Shown in pieces: positions 47,486-61,600 of a stretch of 64,000 nt of DNA (position 1 is its first letter; each line of letters starts with the position of its first letter). Below the pieces are notes generated by a model, which was not told the DNA's origin, did no database searches, and saw only the letters and a program-made list of their open reading frames with translations. A program made the position numbers and the translations under genes. Origin of the DNA: Tubiluchus corallicola (Eukaryota > Animalia > Priapulida); contig JAQGDQ010000552.1 of the NCBI GenBank assembly GCA_030141605.1, forward strand, positions 80,393 through 144,392, read 5' to 3'.

Positions 47486-50400
47486 CTGCAACACAAAAAG
47501 TTCGGTGACACAAAAATGGTTACTATGGCAACGCCAACACCACAAAGGAATATGACCAATTAATATTTGCAAAAGTATCAAGACAAAAGATAAACTATTC
47601 AAATTCAATATTCCATCTATATTTAATAATTTTTGTAGTCGCTCTCGCATGACGAGATGGTTTCTTTGCACCCCCCCCCCCAGAAAGGCCTACTTACCAG
47701 CAGAGCCACCCAGTGAAAAATTTTCGCACCTGAAGCAGCCAGGCAAATGCATTTTCCCCAACTGATAATATTTATTTATTTATTTATTAAATATATCCAC
47801 AATGATCATTACAGCATTGTACATAAAAGTATTTAATAACATATTTATTATTATGTGCACAAGATGCCAAGATGCAAATGACCCGTGGGGTACTCAAGAA
47901 GTAATTACTTGTTTAGAGCACCCCAAATGAATGTGGACTGAGTGTAATAGAAAAGAGCAGTAAAGGAGTAGAAGGAAAGGTTAATAGAGAATAGAAAGAA
48001 GGAGAAAGATGTGATGGTATCTGTATGAAGTAACATGAACTATAGAAATGTAAAAATTGACATAGCCAGCAACACAATGGATTCCGACAGGGACTGCAGT
48101 GTAATTAATCAAATTGATTTACTTTTCACTTTTAAGATTTCTTTTGAAGTTATTTATAGATAAAGAATTTTTTATGTATTCTTTGATGTTATTCCAAAGT
48201 CTAGGGCCAGTGTTAGTGATGAAGTGCCTTGCCGCACATATAATAGTCGCACATGAGCTAAGTATTGCTATGGTGGTGTTGTTTACGTACCAAAAGGCTG
48301 GGCTCTTCGCTAAGCGTCATAAGTGAAGTACTCTTTATCAAGAAACTGTCAAGAGTTAACACACCACAAGATAAATGATTGGTAGATACTATATACTCAA
48401 ACCTAGTTGGACAGAAGTAAATCATTTTAATTACTCTAAATTTAAATTTATGTTGTATTGTCATCATACTTTTTTGAGTTTCAGATAGTGCTGCCACCTT
48501 CAGGTGTTCTTGTTAAAATTCTTAAATCTTTCTCTTTACTGTTTAAATTTTCTTTGGCTTCTACAGTCTTTAGGAATGCATAATCTCTAAACCTGTTTTC
48601 ACACATAAATGATTTCATCTGTAGTTTTGGTTACTTGGTTTTCTGCTTTTCAACACGACGCTACTTTGCTGATTATGTAGACACTTCAGAATAAAATCTT
48701 AAAACTAAATTTCAAGTTTTTTGGTTTTTTGGTTTCTTCAAACCACTAGTTATACCACCAAACTCGTTTGCCGCTTGCAAAATGGCCAGGAAAAAAACAG
48801 CTTTATTCAATTGTATATAAAAATAACACTTTATACTGCCACGCGTTACCCTCCATCCAATTAATTGGGTAAGTTAAGCAACGTAGAGCCTGGTTAGTAC
48901 TTGGATGGGTGACCGCCTAGGAATGCCAGGTGCTGTACGCTTGCGGGTGCCCACACTGTATCTCGACACTAGGCGGAGGAGCTGCATAAGCAGCCAACGG
49001 CTAGAGGGCGGAGGAGGTCAAGTGACTCAACGGCCATGTGTAGAGGAGTAAATCTTCCAAATCAGGAGTGGAGCCCCGAAGGCGGATCAGTGCAGCATGC
49101 TCACTGACTCCGGCAGCTCCTGCAGCCAACCTGGTGCCAAACGTATCGCTCCGCTTTCCTTTGGACTACACCAGCGAGGAAGAGAGGGGGTTCCTGTTGT
49201 CTGGGCAACTCAGGATCTCCATACACCTTGCCCAGGCGTGCGCCCTGGAGAGGTTCAAGGATCGCACTGCTCAGCCACAGTCGACGCTGCAGCTCCATCA
49301 ATGTGATCAATAACTGAGTTCAGAAAGTTTGCTCATATTTATGTTAAGCTTACTCTGCATCGTTATAATTATAACAAAATATATAAACTTATTTATCTTA
49401 CTGTTTTTTCACACTGTATATTCTCAGCTAACCCCGAAGTAATAAAAACTACATTAGATTTTTGTAAATAATGTCTTTCACCACTTGTATGAATTTATGA
49501 CAAACTAATGCGTTTCTTTTAAAGTAAATCTCTCTTAATTCCCGGTTGGGCTGAACATCGATAAGATTTTTTCTGGCTTCTTGATCAACTAAACTACAAT
49601 TAAAGAGTAGATGGTCAGAAGTTTAGAGTGAAAATTGACCACTCTAATCTACGCACACTTGTCTGACTGTTTTGTGATTCAACAATGACAAAATTTAACA
49701 CACCTCGCTATAATGCTAACTTTTTTCCCGTCCCAAAGTGGGCACCATAAGGTGGTTTGACTCAAAGCCAAACTGCGCTCACTTAATAAGTCAGACCTGA
49801 TGAGAACTGGCAATATCTTTGACTGCTGAGTCAGCCTAAATTATAAAAAGTAGATGTTTAACAACTTGCTACGTGCGACGTGAAAGAATTACTTACCCAA
49901 GTTTAATGAAACATCGGACTTTATTTTCGACACTAACTCTAGGCATGTACTTGGTCTTAGCATCGTACGTTCTGCCATGTTTGGCGCAAACTTCAACAAA
50001 TGGCTGAAAAAGGCAATAAAAATTTAAAATAAGTAAAAGGAAGACAGGATGATTTTTCATATGCTACCCCATTTTCAAGTCCGATAAAAAGTATACATTT
50101 TAACATGATTAATACTGCAAAATACTTTTCTGGTAATTAAATAACAGATTAAAAACTTAATTAACGCTGGGCAAGCCCAACTATTGCTGACATCACAAAC
50201 TAACAAAATTTTCAACAGCAAAAATATTTCACGAGCATGTTGCACGTGTTTGCGAAAGTGAAAATTGAAGTACAGTGCTACTGTAAGATATTCAGTGCGT
50301 TGTACTAAAACTTCAAATAAACCGCTGTACTCACACATGAGCAGTTGAACGTGTGTAGTTTGTCACAAACTAACACATCTGAACTGAGAGGTACAGCACC

Positions 50401-53400
50401 TGCTTTTTGTGCAATGTATTTCTGAAATACAAGCGCTAGTGCCCGTCTAACTAGCAAATGGCAAAATGCATGTAACAGCAAAGAACTAGTGGCACAAACG
50501 TGAAATTGTGTTTGTGCGTTAATAATACTTTCACGTAAAGCATTTTCGAAAAAATAGTGTTTACGTTCGATATTTTAAAGAATAGATTATTTTGACCTAC
50601 ATTTGAAGATTAGGTCCAGTTTTCCTTTAACAAACAGAACACTGCATGTGCACTCACTAGAATACGCTATACTATATTAACTTTGCAGCGCAAACTAATG
50701 TGTGTTTGCAAAGCAACACATGAGGGCAGCACATAAACCGGCATGTGTGCTTGCACAGTAAAATCAACCTTAAGTCTGCATTAAACTTTTCTAGTTATTC
50801 AAATATCCTGAATCTCCATTTCATGAGAATCATTTTGATACCAAGTTCATCACTCTATGTTATTTCTAAGCTGAGATAATCCATGTTGAAGTTGAGGTGC
50901 AGGCTGCACACTGAAAAACATAATCTTGAGAAAATCACTGTTAAAGTCAGCCATTGTTTTTGTCGCGTTTCTACAAAACACTTAGCAACCGCACAAATGT
51001 TGGTTGCTATGGACTTTGCAAGATCACATTGAAGTTATGTTTAAATCCAATAGATGCCTCTTACTGAGAAAGACCTGGGCTTGGCAACAGAAAAAAACGA
51101 AGCAAAATACTTCCATGAGCTACAATCGTAGTTTGAACAAGTTTCTCTCAATTGCAGTACTAGTTTCTAGACAGAGTTATAAAATTAGATTTTTAGCATT
51201 TTTTGAACATTTTTTTGATAATTTGATCCTAGAATATAAAAATCCAATATATTTACCATTGGTTTTTATAAAAAAATTGTCATTTGACCAAATATTTGGT
51301 GTATTCTATATCGAAGTATCATAACGTAGTTTTTACTGTGCCGACTTATGGACAGCTTTGGTTTGCAATCACACATAAACAATCGTACATATGTATTTTT
51401 TCAGGCAAAATCATTGAGCTGTTAAAAAGCAGATAAAGCATAACTTAATTTCGTCATCTTTTTGTTTGCTAATTGAGTCAAACAAAGATGTCATTGCTCA
51501 AGAGGTCAAAGGTCACTCGAGGAAATTTTCGATAAAAATTGAATTCCCCCATTGCAGCTAAATGCTCAAAGATCACTGTCTGCAATCGGTATATAAGTCA
51601 GGTGTGCGTAGTTAAAGAAAATGTATTGCAACACAAAATAAAATTCTATTGACTTCGACAGCATGTTGTAACTGAGGTTTTCACCTGTAACCTTTGACCT
51701 CAATTAGTAATTAAAGATAAAAAACCCATATTTGTAACAAAAGTATATCACCATGCTGCAGCTAAAGAGGTCAAAATCGTTGGCCTTTGACCTCATATAG
51801 TAAATAAAGATAAAACAAGTGACCTTTGACCTAATACAGTCACTAAAAGGTCAACACTACTGACCTGTGGCATCACACTATAACAAAAAATTTGTACCAG
51901 ATGACCTTTGACCTCCTGCAATTAGCCCACCATTCTCCGTATGTATTAATTTATAAACGAAGCACCAACCTCATAACCAATAGGTGACTTCTTTGACCTT
52001 GAAAACTTGTCCAATTCTTCCCAATCACCCAACTCGGCAAGTGCATTAATGCGCAACCACCAATACCTAAAATAAATATGTACATGCAATAAGCCCTTTC
52101 ACAGTTCCAGCGATTGATGATAATCGTGAAAAGGTCAAAGGTTAAGAGTACCAGACAACGCATTTGTGTACACTTCACCACGCCTCGCAGTACATGTTAT
52201 TGTAATAGTAACAGTTTTAACAGCTAGCTAGAACTTAACCTGGTTCAATTTTTGTTTTTCCCAAGCAAGATCCTGCTATTGAATCACTCTATGCACGGAC
52301 TGATGCATAGTTAAGTTAAAGTCCATGTAAAACAACTGAAGTTACTGAACTGACGTGGCAGCCGGTTTTGTTTTACCCACACGTCACGTGACGGTTGTAG
52401 TTAAGACTCGTTCCTCTGGTACGCTTACCCTTTGACCTACGTCAACTGCGCATGCGCACAACGAAACTGTGAAGGCTTATTGCAAGTGAAAACTTGAACG
52501 ACAACTGCATGTGTGAACTTGCCTAGAGAAGAGCTACATTTGCTGCAACTAATACATTCTATACCCATGAGCAAATTGCACAACTTCTGTTGGCAGAACG
52601 TTTCCTCGATCTAGTCTGTAAGTCTCAAAATTAATTCAAAGATTCGAATTAAAAATCTTGACATTCTGTTCTATTTGAAGGCCAAAGTTTCAATTCAATT
52701 CGAATATATTTTTAGTAGCGAATGTTCACACATATCATGAAGCAGCCAGGCCTCTCCTCTTTGCCTCTTTCCTCTCTGAACTCTGCCACCCTCTTTTTCT
52801 AATGCCTCAAATGTTTTTTATTCCAGCTGTTATGCATTGTTACACTGAGGAAGTAAATTAAAAAAAAACAGGTGAATATGTTTTAAACTGTGACGTTTTA
52901 TGATGTCCAGAATCTGGCATAATGTTTGTTTTGGCTATAAGCACGTGGTGCCTCCTTGCGTTTGTTTTTTACAAATTTAGGCTGTTGATAGATAGGTGAG
53001 CTAGGACAGGAAATAGGCCATTGGCCTCATTTTGCAGACAGGATAGGAAAGAAGTCATTCTTGTTCAGTACGTCGTGTCGTTTTATAACAAAATTTTGTC
53101 AGCCGAGTTCTCTTTAGCAAGTTAGTAAGATGCGGCAAAGATGTAAGTTTGATTTCTTCATATTTCATAATATTATTATACATTTCATTATAGCAGTTAA
53201 TTATCTTTTTGACATTTGTTTAGCAGAAAATGTTTTTATTTGCTTCAGATAAAACAAAGTCGAGTCGCTCATAATATGTCAGTCAGTCAATCAGTCAGTG
53301 AGTGAGTGAGTGAGTCAGTCAGTCAGTCAGTGAGTGAGTCAGTCAGTGAGTCAGTCAGTCAGTCAGTCAAATATGTCAAGATGTGATACTGATTTTGGGA

Positions 53401-55607
53401 TGAGAAGATGATTGCCCATTTTGGACAATAAAAAATCATAAATTACATCTAAAAGACTGTTGGACTTGTATTTAGTGCATGTCGCGCACAATGTTTGACG
53501 GAAATCAAATAATCCCTTAGGGTAGTGGTTCCCAAAGTAGGGGTAAATTACCCCCCGGGGGTAATATGGTTTTTTTTTGGGGGGGGGGGGGGTAACGGGC
53601 ACTTGTTATGTTGTCATTCATTTCTTCTTGTTTTCGTTTGTTCGAGTAATAATTACTCGAACGAACCTGCTCACTCAGTAATGAGCAGGTTCAGTAATTG
53701 TAATTTTTGTTCTAGCACAATACAACAACAACACCTGGAAATTTATTTATGTCACGAGCAAACATAAATAATTTTGCTTGCTTGTGGCATATACGTGTGT
53801 TTACTTTTTGAGTTTGAGGTGGGGGGGTACTGGACACCACCGGGTTTCCCGATTTGGGTAACGGTCTGAGAAAGTTTGGGAACCACTGCCTTAGGGACAC
53901 ATTCCCACAGAGAAATAAACATAAAATAGAAAACTGAAACATAGAAGATAATTCAGGAAAAATCAATAATTCTATTACAAACCTTCTATCCGGTATCTTG
54001 AAGTCTTTACGTACTTCCTCCACAAGTTTATTCTCTTTGGCTTTTATAAGCGCTCTGACCGTGTCGTGTATCGACAAACCCAGGAACGGCCTCCCAACTC
54101 TCTTCTCCAGCTCAGCCTGCAGCCGCAGAATCTTCATCTCCTCTTCGGTTTGCTAGGAAACGAGGAGAGTAAATGCAGATAACAGGGGAAGATAAGGCGA
54201 GTAAATGCAGATAAGAGGGGACCACGGGGCGAGTAAATGCAGATAAGAGGGGACCACGGGGCGAGTAAATGTAGATAAGAGGGGAAAACAAGGCGAGTAA
54301 ATGCAGATAAGAGGGGACCACTGGGCGAGTAAATGCAGATAAGAGGGGACCACGGGGCGAGTAAATGCAGATAAGAGGGGACCACAAGGCGAGTAAATGC
54401 AGATAAGAGGGGACCACTGGGCGAGTAAATGCAGATAAGAGGGGACCACGGGGCGAGTAAATGCAGATAAGAGGGGACCACAAGGCGAGTAAATGCAGAT
54501 AAGAGGGGACCACTGGGCGAGTAAATGCAGATAAGAGGGGACCACGGGGCGAGTAAATGCAGATAAGAGGGGACCACAAGGCGAGTAAATGCAGATAAGA
54601 GGGGACCACTGGGCGAGTAAATGCAGATAAGAGGGGACCACGGGGCGAGTAAATGCAGATAAGAGGGGACCACAAGGCGAGTAAATGCAGATAAGAGGGG
54701 ACCACTGGGCGAGTAAATGCAGATAAGAGGGGACCACGGGGCGAGTAAATGCAGATAAGAGGGGACCACAAGGCGAGTAAATGCAGATAAGAGGGGACCA
54801 CTGGGCGAGTAAATGCAGATAAGAGGGGACCACGGGGCGAGTAAATGCAGATAAGAGGGGACCACAAGGCGAGTAAATGCAGATAAGAGGGGACCACGGG
54901 GCGAGTAAAAGCAGATAAGAGGGGACCACGGGGTGAGAAAATGCAGATAAGAGGGGACCACAGGGCGAGTTAATGCAGATAAGAGGGGACCACGGGGCGA
55001 GTAAATGCAGATAAGAGGGGACCACGGGGCGAGTTAATGCAGATAAGAGGGGACCACGGGGTGAGAAAATGCAGATAAGAGGGGACCACGGGGCGAGTTA
55101 ATGCAGATAAGAGGGGACCACAGGGTGAGAAAATGCAGATAAGAGGGGACCACGGGGCGAGTTAATGCAGATAAGAGGGGACCATGGGGCGAGTAAATGC
55201 AGATAGGAGGGGACCACGGGGCGAATAAAGGCAGATAAGAGGGGACCATGGGGCGAGTTAATGCAGATAAGAGGGGACCATGGGGCGAGTAAATGCAGAT
55301 AGGAGGGGACCACGGGGCGAATAAAGGCAGATAAGAGGGGACCAAATGTTGCAACATTTCAGTTAAAACACAGGACAACGCTTTGTTTTCTTGTGTTTTA
55401 GTTAAAGCTAAAAAAATTCGTCTTGAAATCACCTACATACTGCATTGCGCACTGGGCTTGCGTAGCAGTAACGCCATAGAAAACTTGAAAATTTAAACTA
55501 CAGCAAACATATGCTAAACTATGCATGCACGCACACACACACCCACATCCACACGCGCACGCGCACACACATGTGCGCTCGCACATGCACACACACACAC
55601 ACACACA

Positions 55608-55667
<60 letters not shown>

Positions 55668-58600
55668 TGAATGGTTATTCCTTGAGACGGTAAAGAATAG
55701 TTTTGGGTTTGGTCATTCATCGTATTGCAAAAGTATTTTAAAGCTTCTATACATTATGACAAAAACGATATTACAAAACACCTCTGCACATTCTCTGGAC
55801 ACACATCATGTACAAAAAATTTAAATGGTTACAACCTATGTTTAAAATACTAAAATTAATTAAACTAACTATAGTACAATTGCTCTCTACAGTTAATGCG
55901 GAGTAGTTACCTTTGTCATTAGTTCGTTCTTTGCCTTGGAGAAAGCGTCGTGAGCTCGTTGTGAAAGAGACAGACGTTTTCCGACTTCCTGGCAAGAAAG
56001 AATCACATTCAATAAGCGGGTGAAGAAATTACAAAACCTGAACGAAAACCAGCGATTTGTAACCAACCTGTGAAGTATGTGTACTAATGTTTCTGACCCG
56101 CAGTGACATGATCACTAACCCGTGGAAACAGTAGTGGTGTAGCAAGTGTTTGCGGCGCCAGGGGACGAAAAAACTTCTGGCGCCTTACCCTTTAAATCGT
56201 GATTTGCTCATTTGTTTTGTGGGTGAAGCCACATGTTTTTTGCATCCCAGAACCCCATGTTCTTTTTCGACATGTTAGGAGAAATGAATTTGTTCTAAGA
56301 ATCACCCTGAGTTTGATTAGTGGTACTGCAGCGGAGTAGCTCTTTCAATGCATTAGTTGCTCATAACACGACAGTCCCAGGGATGAGAATGACAAATTGC
56401 AAAAAACTCTGAAATAGCCAAGGAGTTTTATGGCCGCCTAGACCCCCAATGGGGTTGAGGGGCAAAGCCCCCTTGGAGCCAGCAACAAATTGCAATTTTG
56501 TGACCATAGAGAGCCTCTAAGTGGACTTAATATATCAGTTACCTTGTTTCATGCATAATTAAAAATACCCAACTATCAAGGATACATGATACCTAATTGT
56601 CTCAAAAATGCCTAAATACTGGCCGCTCCTATGCAAATGTATATAAAAACTGTCTGCAATTGACTCAAATAACTCCGCACAATTGATTCTATATTTTGAT
56701 ACATAGAGATATACACGTGGTTACACTGATGTACGTGATGTAAACATACTGACGACCTGCCAACTGGCGGTCAGTTTGTGAAATAATGTACTGGCTCCGT
56801 AAAAATTTGCTGAACGAATTTACGCAATTTACAAAAATGGCACTACTGGTCTTCCAAAAACTCGGAATTCCGCATGTCCGTGGAAAATTCTCATCCCTGC
56901 AGTCCTTAAACATTCAGCTCCAGCATTAAAACATGCAAAGATTATGAAAGATACAGAAAACTACAGGTTTTCACAACAATACAATGGATATTTAGAGAAA
57001 CACCACTGTTTCACTAAAGGTTTCCACAACAATACAATGGATATTTAGAGAAACGCTACTGTTTCTTCCAAAAATATCGATCTGCTAAGTCGTGCGCCAA
57101 CCTACACCCGCCGTTAAAAGTAACAGCATCTTTGAATCAAGATAACATCTAAATTACATATGATGCAGTCAACAAAACTGAGAAGTCATGCAATACATAA
57201 ACCCAGCTACCCAAACACACGTATATATCATTCCATTTTACCTCCTGTTCATAACACTCGGTGAGAAAGCAATAGCCCTCTTGCATGAAATCATCGCACT
57301 GGTAATACATGTCCCTAAGTAACTCGCGATTTTGCTGACGACACAGCTAGAAATAAAACACAGTTGAAATGAACCAGCAAAAAGAAGGTAACGTTTCACA
57401 TATACAGGGTGGGCAGAAGGGCGCGCCTAAACCACAGGGTAAGCCAAGTTACTCTTTGGTAATATAAGCACGGATTAATATGATCTCACTGAATAATCTC
57501 ACAATCTTATTTCATCTCACTGAATAATCTCACTCAACTTTATCTCATATTACACTATCTTACCTCACTGAATAATCTCACTCAACCTTATCACATCTCA
57601 CACTATGTTACCTCACTCAACTTTATCTCATCTTACACTATCTTACCTCACTCAATAATCTCACTCAACTTTATCTCATCTTACACTATCTTACCTCACT
57701 CAATAATCTCACTCAACTTTATCTCATCTCACACTGTCTTACCTCACTCAATAATCTCACTCAACTTTATCTCATCTCACACTATCTTACCTCACTCAAC
57801 TTTATCTCATCTCACACTATCTTACCTCACTCAATAACTTCACTCAACCTTGTTTCATCTCACACTATCTTACCTCACTCAATAATCTCACTCAACTTTA
57901 TCTCATCTCACACTGTCTTACCTCACTCAACTTTATCTCATCTCACACTATCTTACCTCACTCAACTTTATCTCATCTCACACTATCTTACCTCACTCAA
58001 TAACTTCACTCAACCTTGTTTCATCTCACACTATCTTACCTCTCTCAATAATCTCACTCAACTTTATCTCATCTCACACTATCTTACCTCACTCAACTTT
58101 ATCTCATCTTACACTATCTTACCTCACTGAATAATCTCACTCAACTTTATCTCATCTCACACTATCTTACCTCACTCAACTTTATCTCATCTTACACTAT
58201 CTTACCTCACTCAATAACTTCACTCAACCTTGTTTCATCTCACACTATCTTACCTCACTCAATAATCTCACTCAACTTTATCTCATCTCACACTATCTTA
58301 CCTCACTCAACTTTATCTCATCTTACACTATCTTACCTCACTGAATAATCTCACTCAACCTTATCTCATCTCACACTATCTTACCTCACTCAACTTTATC
58401 TCATCTCACACTATCTTACCTCACTCAATAACTTCACTCAACCTTGTTTCATCTCACACTATCTTACCTCACTCAATAATCTCACTCAACTTTATCTCAT
58501 CTCACACTATCTTACCTCACTCAACTTTATCTCATCTTACACTATCTTACCTCACTGAATAATCTCACTCAACTTTATCTCATCTCACACTATCTTACCT

Positions 58601-61600
58601 CACTCAACTTTATCTCATCTTACACTATCTTACCTCACTCAATAATCTCACTCAACTTTATCTCATCTCACACTGTCTTACCTCACTCAATAATCTCACT
58701 CAACTTTATCTCATCTCACACTATCTTACCTCACTCAACTTTATCTCATCTTACACTATCTTACCTCACTCAATAACTTCACTCAACCTTGTCTCATCTC
58801 ACACTATCTTACCTCACTCAACTTTATCTCATCTCACACTATCTTACCTCACTCAATAACTTCACTCAACCTTGTCTCATCTCACACTATCTTACCTCAC
58901 TCAACTTTATCTCATCTTACACTATCTTACCTCACTCAATAATCTCACTCAACCTTATCTCATATCACATCATCTTACCTCACTCAACTTTATCTCATCT
59001 CACACTATCTTACCTCACTGAATAATTTCACTCAACCTTATCTCATCTCACACTATCTTGTCTCACTGAATAATCTCACTCAACCTTATCTCATCTCACA
59101 CTATCTTATCTCACTCAACCTTATCTCATCTCACACTATCTTACCTCACTGAATAAACTGACTCAACCTTATCTTATCTCACACTATCTTATCTCACTCA
59201 ACCTTATCTCATCTCACACTATCTTACCTCACTTAACTTAATCTCATCTCACACTATCTTACCTCACTCAACCTTATCTCATCTCACACTATTTTACCTC
59301 ATTCAACCTTATCTCATCTCACACTATCTTACCTCACTTAACTTAATCTCGTCTCACACTATCTTACCTCACTTAACTTAATCTCGTCTCACACTATCTT
59401 ACCTCACTTAACTTAATCTCGTCTCACACTATCTTACCTCACTTAACTTAATCTCGTCTCACACTATCTTACCTCACTTAACTTAATCTCGTCTCACACT
59501 ATCTTACCTCACTTAACTTAATCTCGTCTCACACTATCTTACCTCACTTAACTTAATCTCGTCTCACACTATCTTACCTCACTTAACTTAATCTCGTCTC
59601 ACACTATCTTACCTCACTTAACTTAATCTCGTCTCACACTATCTTACCTCACTTAACTTAATCTCGTCTCACACTATCTTACCTCACTTAACTTAATCTC
59701 GTCTCACACTATCTTACCTCACTCAACCTTATCTCATCTCACACTATCTTACCTCACTCAACCTTATCTAATCTCACACTATCTTACCTCACTCAACCTT
59801 ATCTCATCTCACTGAATAATCTCACACAAACCTATTTCATCTCACCGAACAATCTCACTCAATCTTGCATATTGCATATATTGCAGAGTTCAAACTTTTT
59901 AAGAAAACAAAAAGCACGGAAAAATTACATAAAATAAATGTGGAATACGAATATATTTACTAGACGATGTAGTTTTGTTCATTACAAGAAACCCACCTGT
60001 ATATAGAGATTATAAGCTACAGGTATTCGAGTGACAGTCAAGAGAAAATCACTCCATTTCATCGTGTTTTTCAACTGCAGAATAACCGTGTACACCAGGT
60101 CCGTATCTCCACTGTCAATTGCTTTGGTAAGCGCTAGATCGTCTCTCTTGATTTTCATCAGTAACGGCACTTGCTCGGATGCACGAGGTTCGTGATCTAA
60201 CAGCTGCCAAAACGTTTAAAGTTTTAAATGCCATTAATTTGCGTTTAGAGCAATTTGTTGCTGTTCAGTCGCTCAGAAGCTACACACTAAGTAGAGAAAG
60301 AACTGTCACTCACGCAGTGCCGACCCTGTTGTGCAAGTGTGAGGTAGTGTATCTTTTTGACTAAATTTTCTTTTTATATGTACGTTTCGTTTTACACAAT
60401 ACTAAAACAATGACTGAAAATTTTCTGAAGCAGCACCCCCCATGTATTGTAGGGCACTGACCCAAACTGTAGATCAACACTATCTACTCTTTAAAATATT
60501 GAAAGAAAACATTCTATTTTTTCTAAAATGACTTAAGTGAACGAATTATTACCACAAAAACACAATTTCAAATTCGCACATCTAGTTCTTCACAGTTACA
60601 TGCATTTCGCCATTCGCTAGTTAGACGGGCACTGGCGCTTCCCTGTTGAAAATGCATTGCACAAAGAACAGGTGCTGTACCTCTCAGTTCAGATGTGTTA
60701 ATTTCTGACGAACTACACGTGTTCGAACAGCTCATGCATGCGTAAGCATAGCTGTAAATTTGAATTTGAATTTTTATCTTAAAACTTGCCAAGTTTTAGT
60801 ACAACACACTGAATACCTTACAGTAGCACTGTACTTCAACTTTCGCTTTCGTAAACACGTGCAACACGTTTGCAGAATATTTTTGCTGTTGAAAATTATG
60901 TTACTTTGTGATGTCACCAAAAGTTGGGCTCGTTCGTCGTTAACTAAGTTTTTAATCAATCACTTAATTATCAGAAATGCTTTTACAGTATTAATTGTGT
61001 TAAAATGTATACTTTTAACGGGCTTAAAAATGCTATAGTATATGAAAAATCATTCTGCCTTTCTTTAACCACAGTTTGCCATGTAGTTTAAACATAGATA
61101 TCCAGTAATATAGTGGCACAATGGCACACATTGATTCACCAACATGAACCACCCTAATTAACGAATAATTTTGTTGACTTGCGATGTATTTGAGAAGATA
61201 AAAACACAAGAAAATCTTCCACTTACATAAAGCTTAAAAATTCGTCTTGAAATTTTATACCACTTACATACTGTCTTTTTGCATGAGGGGCTTGCATCGG
61301 CAGTAAACTTGTAGATTAAAACTAGCGTGACGACCGTTAGGCGAAGTCATTAAGTCATTTGAAGCAAGTTTTGATAACATTAAATAAAGTTTGAAAAAAT
61401 AATCAGAGCATTCGTAGCATACGTGTTGCTAATTAAGTAAAATTTTAAATTTCTGTATCTTGTCAATAAGATTAAAAATACGTTTTTGGCTAGTGAGTGG
61501 CACACCCTGGAGGGTGAGTCAGCGACATTTTACCAATTGGCACAAACATTTTAAATTATTATTTCTTAGTTGCATAAGTTTTTCCAGCCGGTAAGTGAAA

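Noticed and set aside
48831-48942. Functional 5S rRNA gene
   Set aside because: 5' half diverged and shortened, no oligo-T terminator, single copy fused to other sequence.
54112-55432. 260-290-aa ORFs in all three minus frames
   Set aside because: Stop-free 32-bp repeat inside a VPS16 intron.
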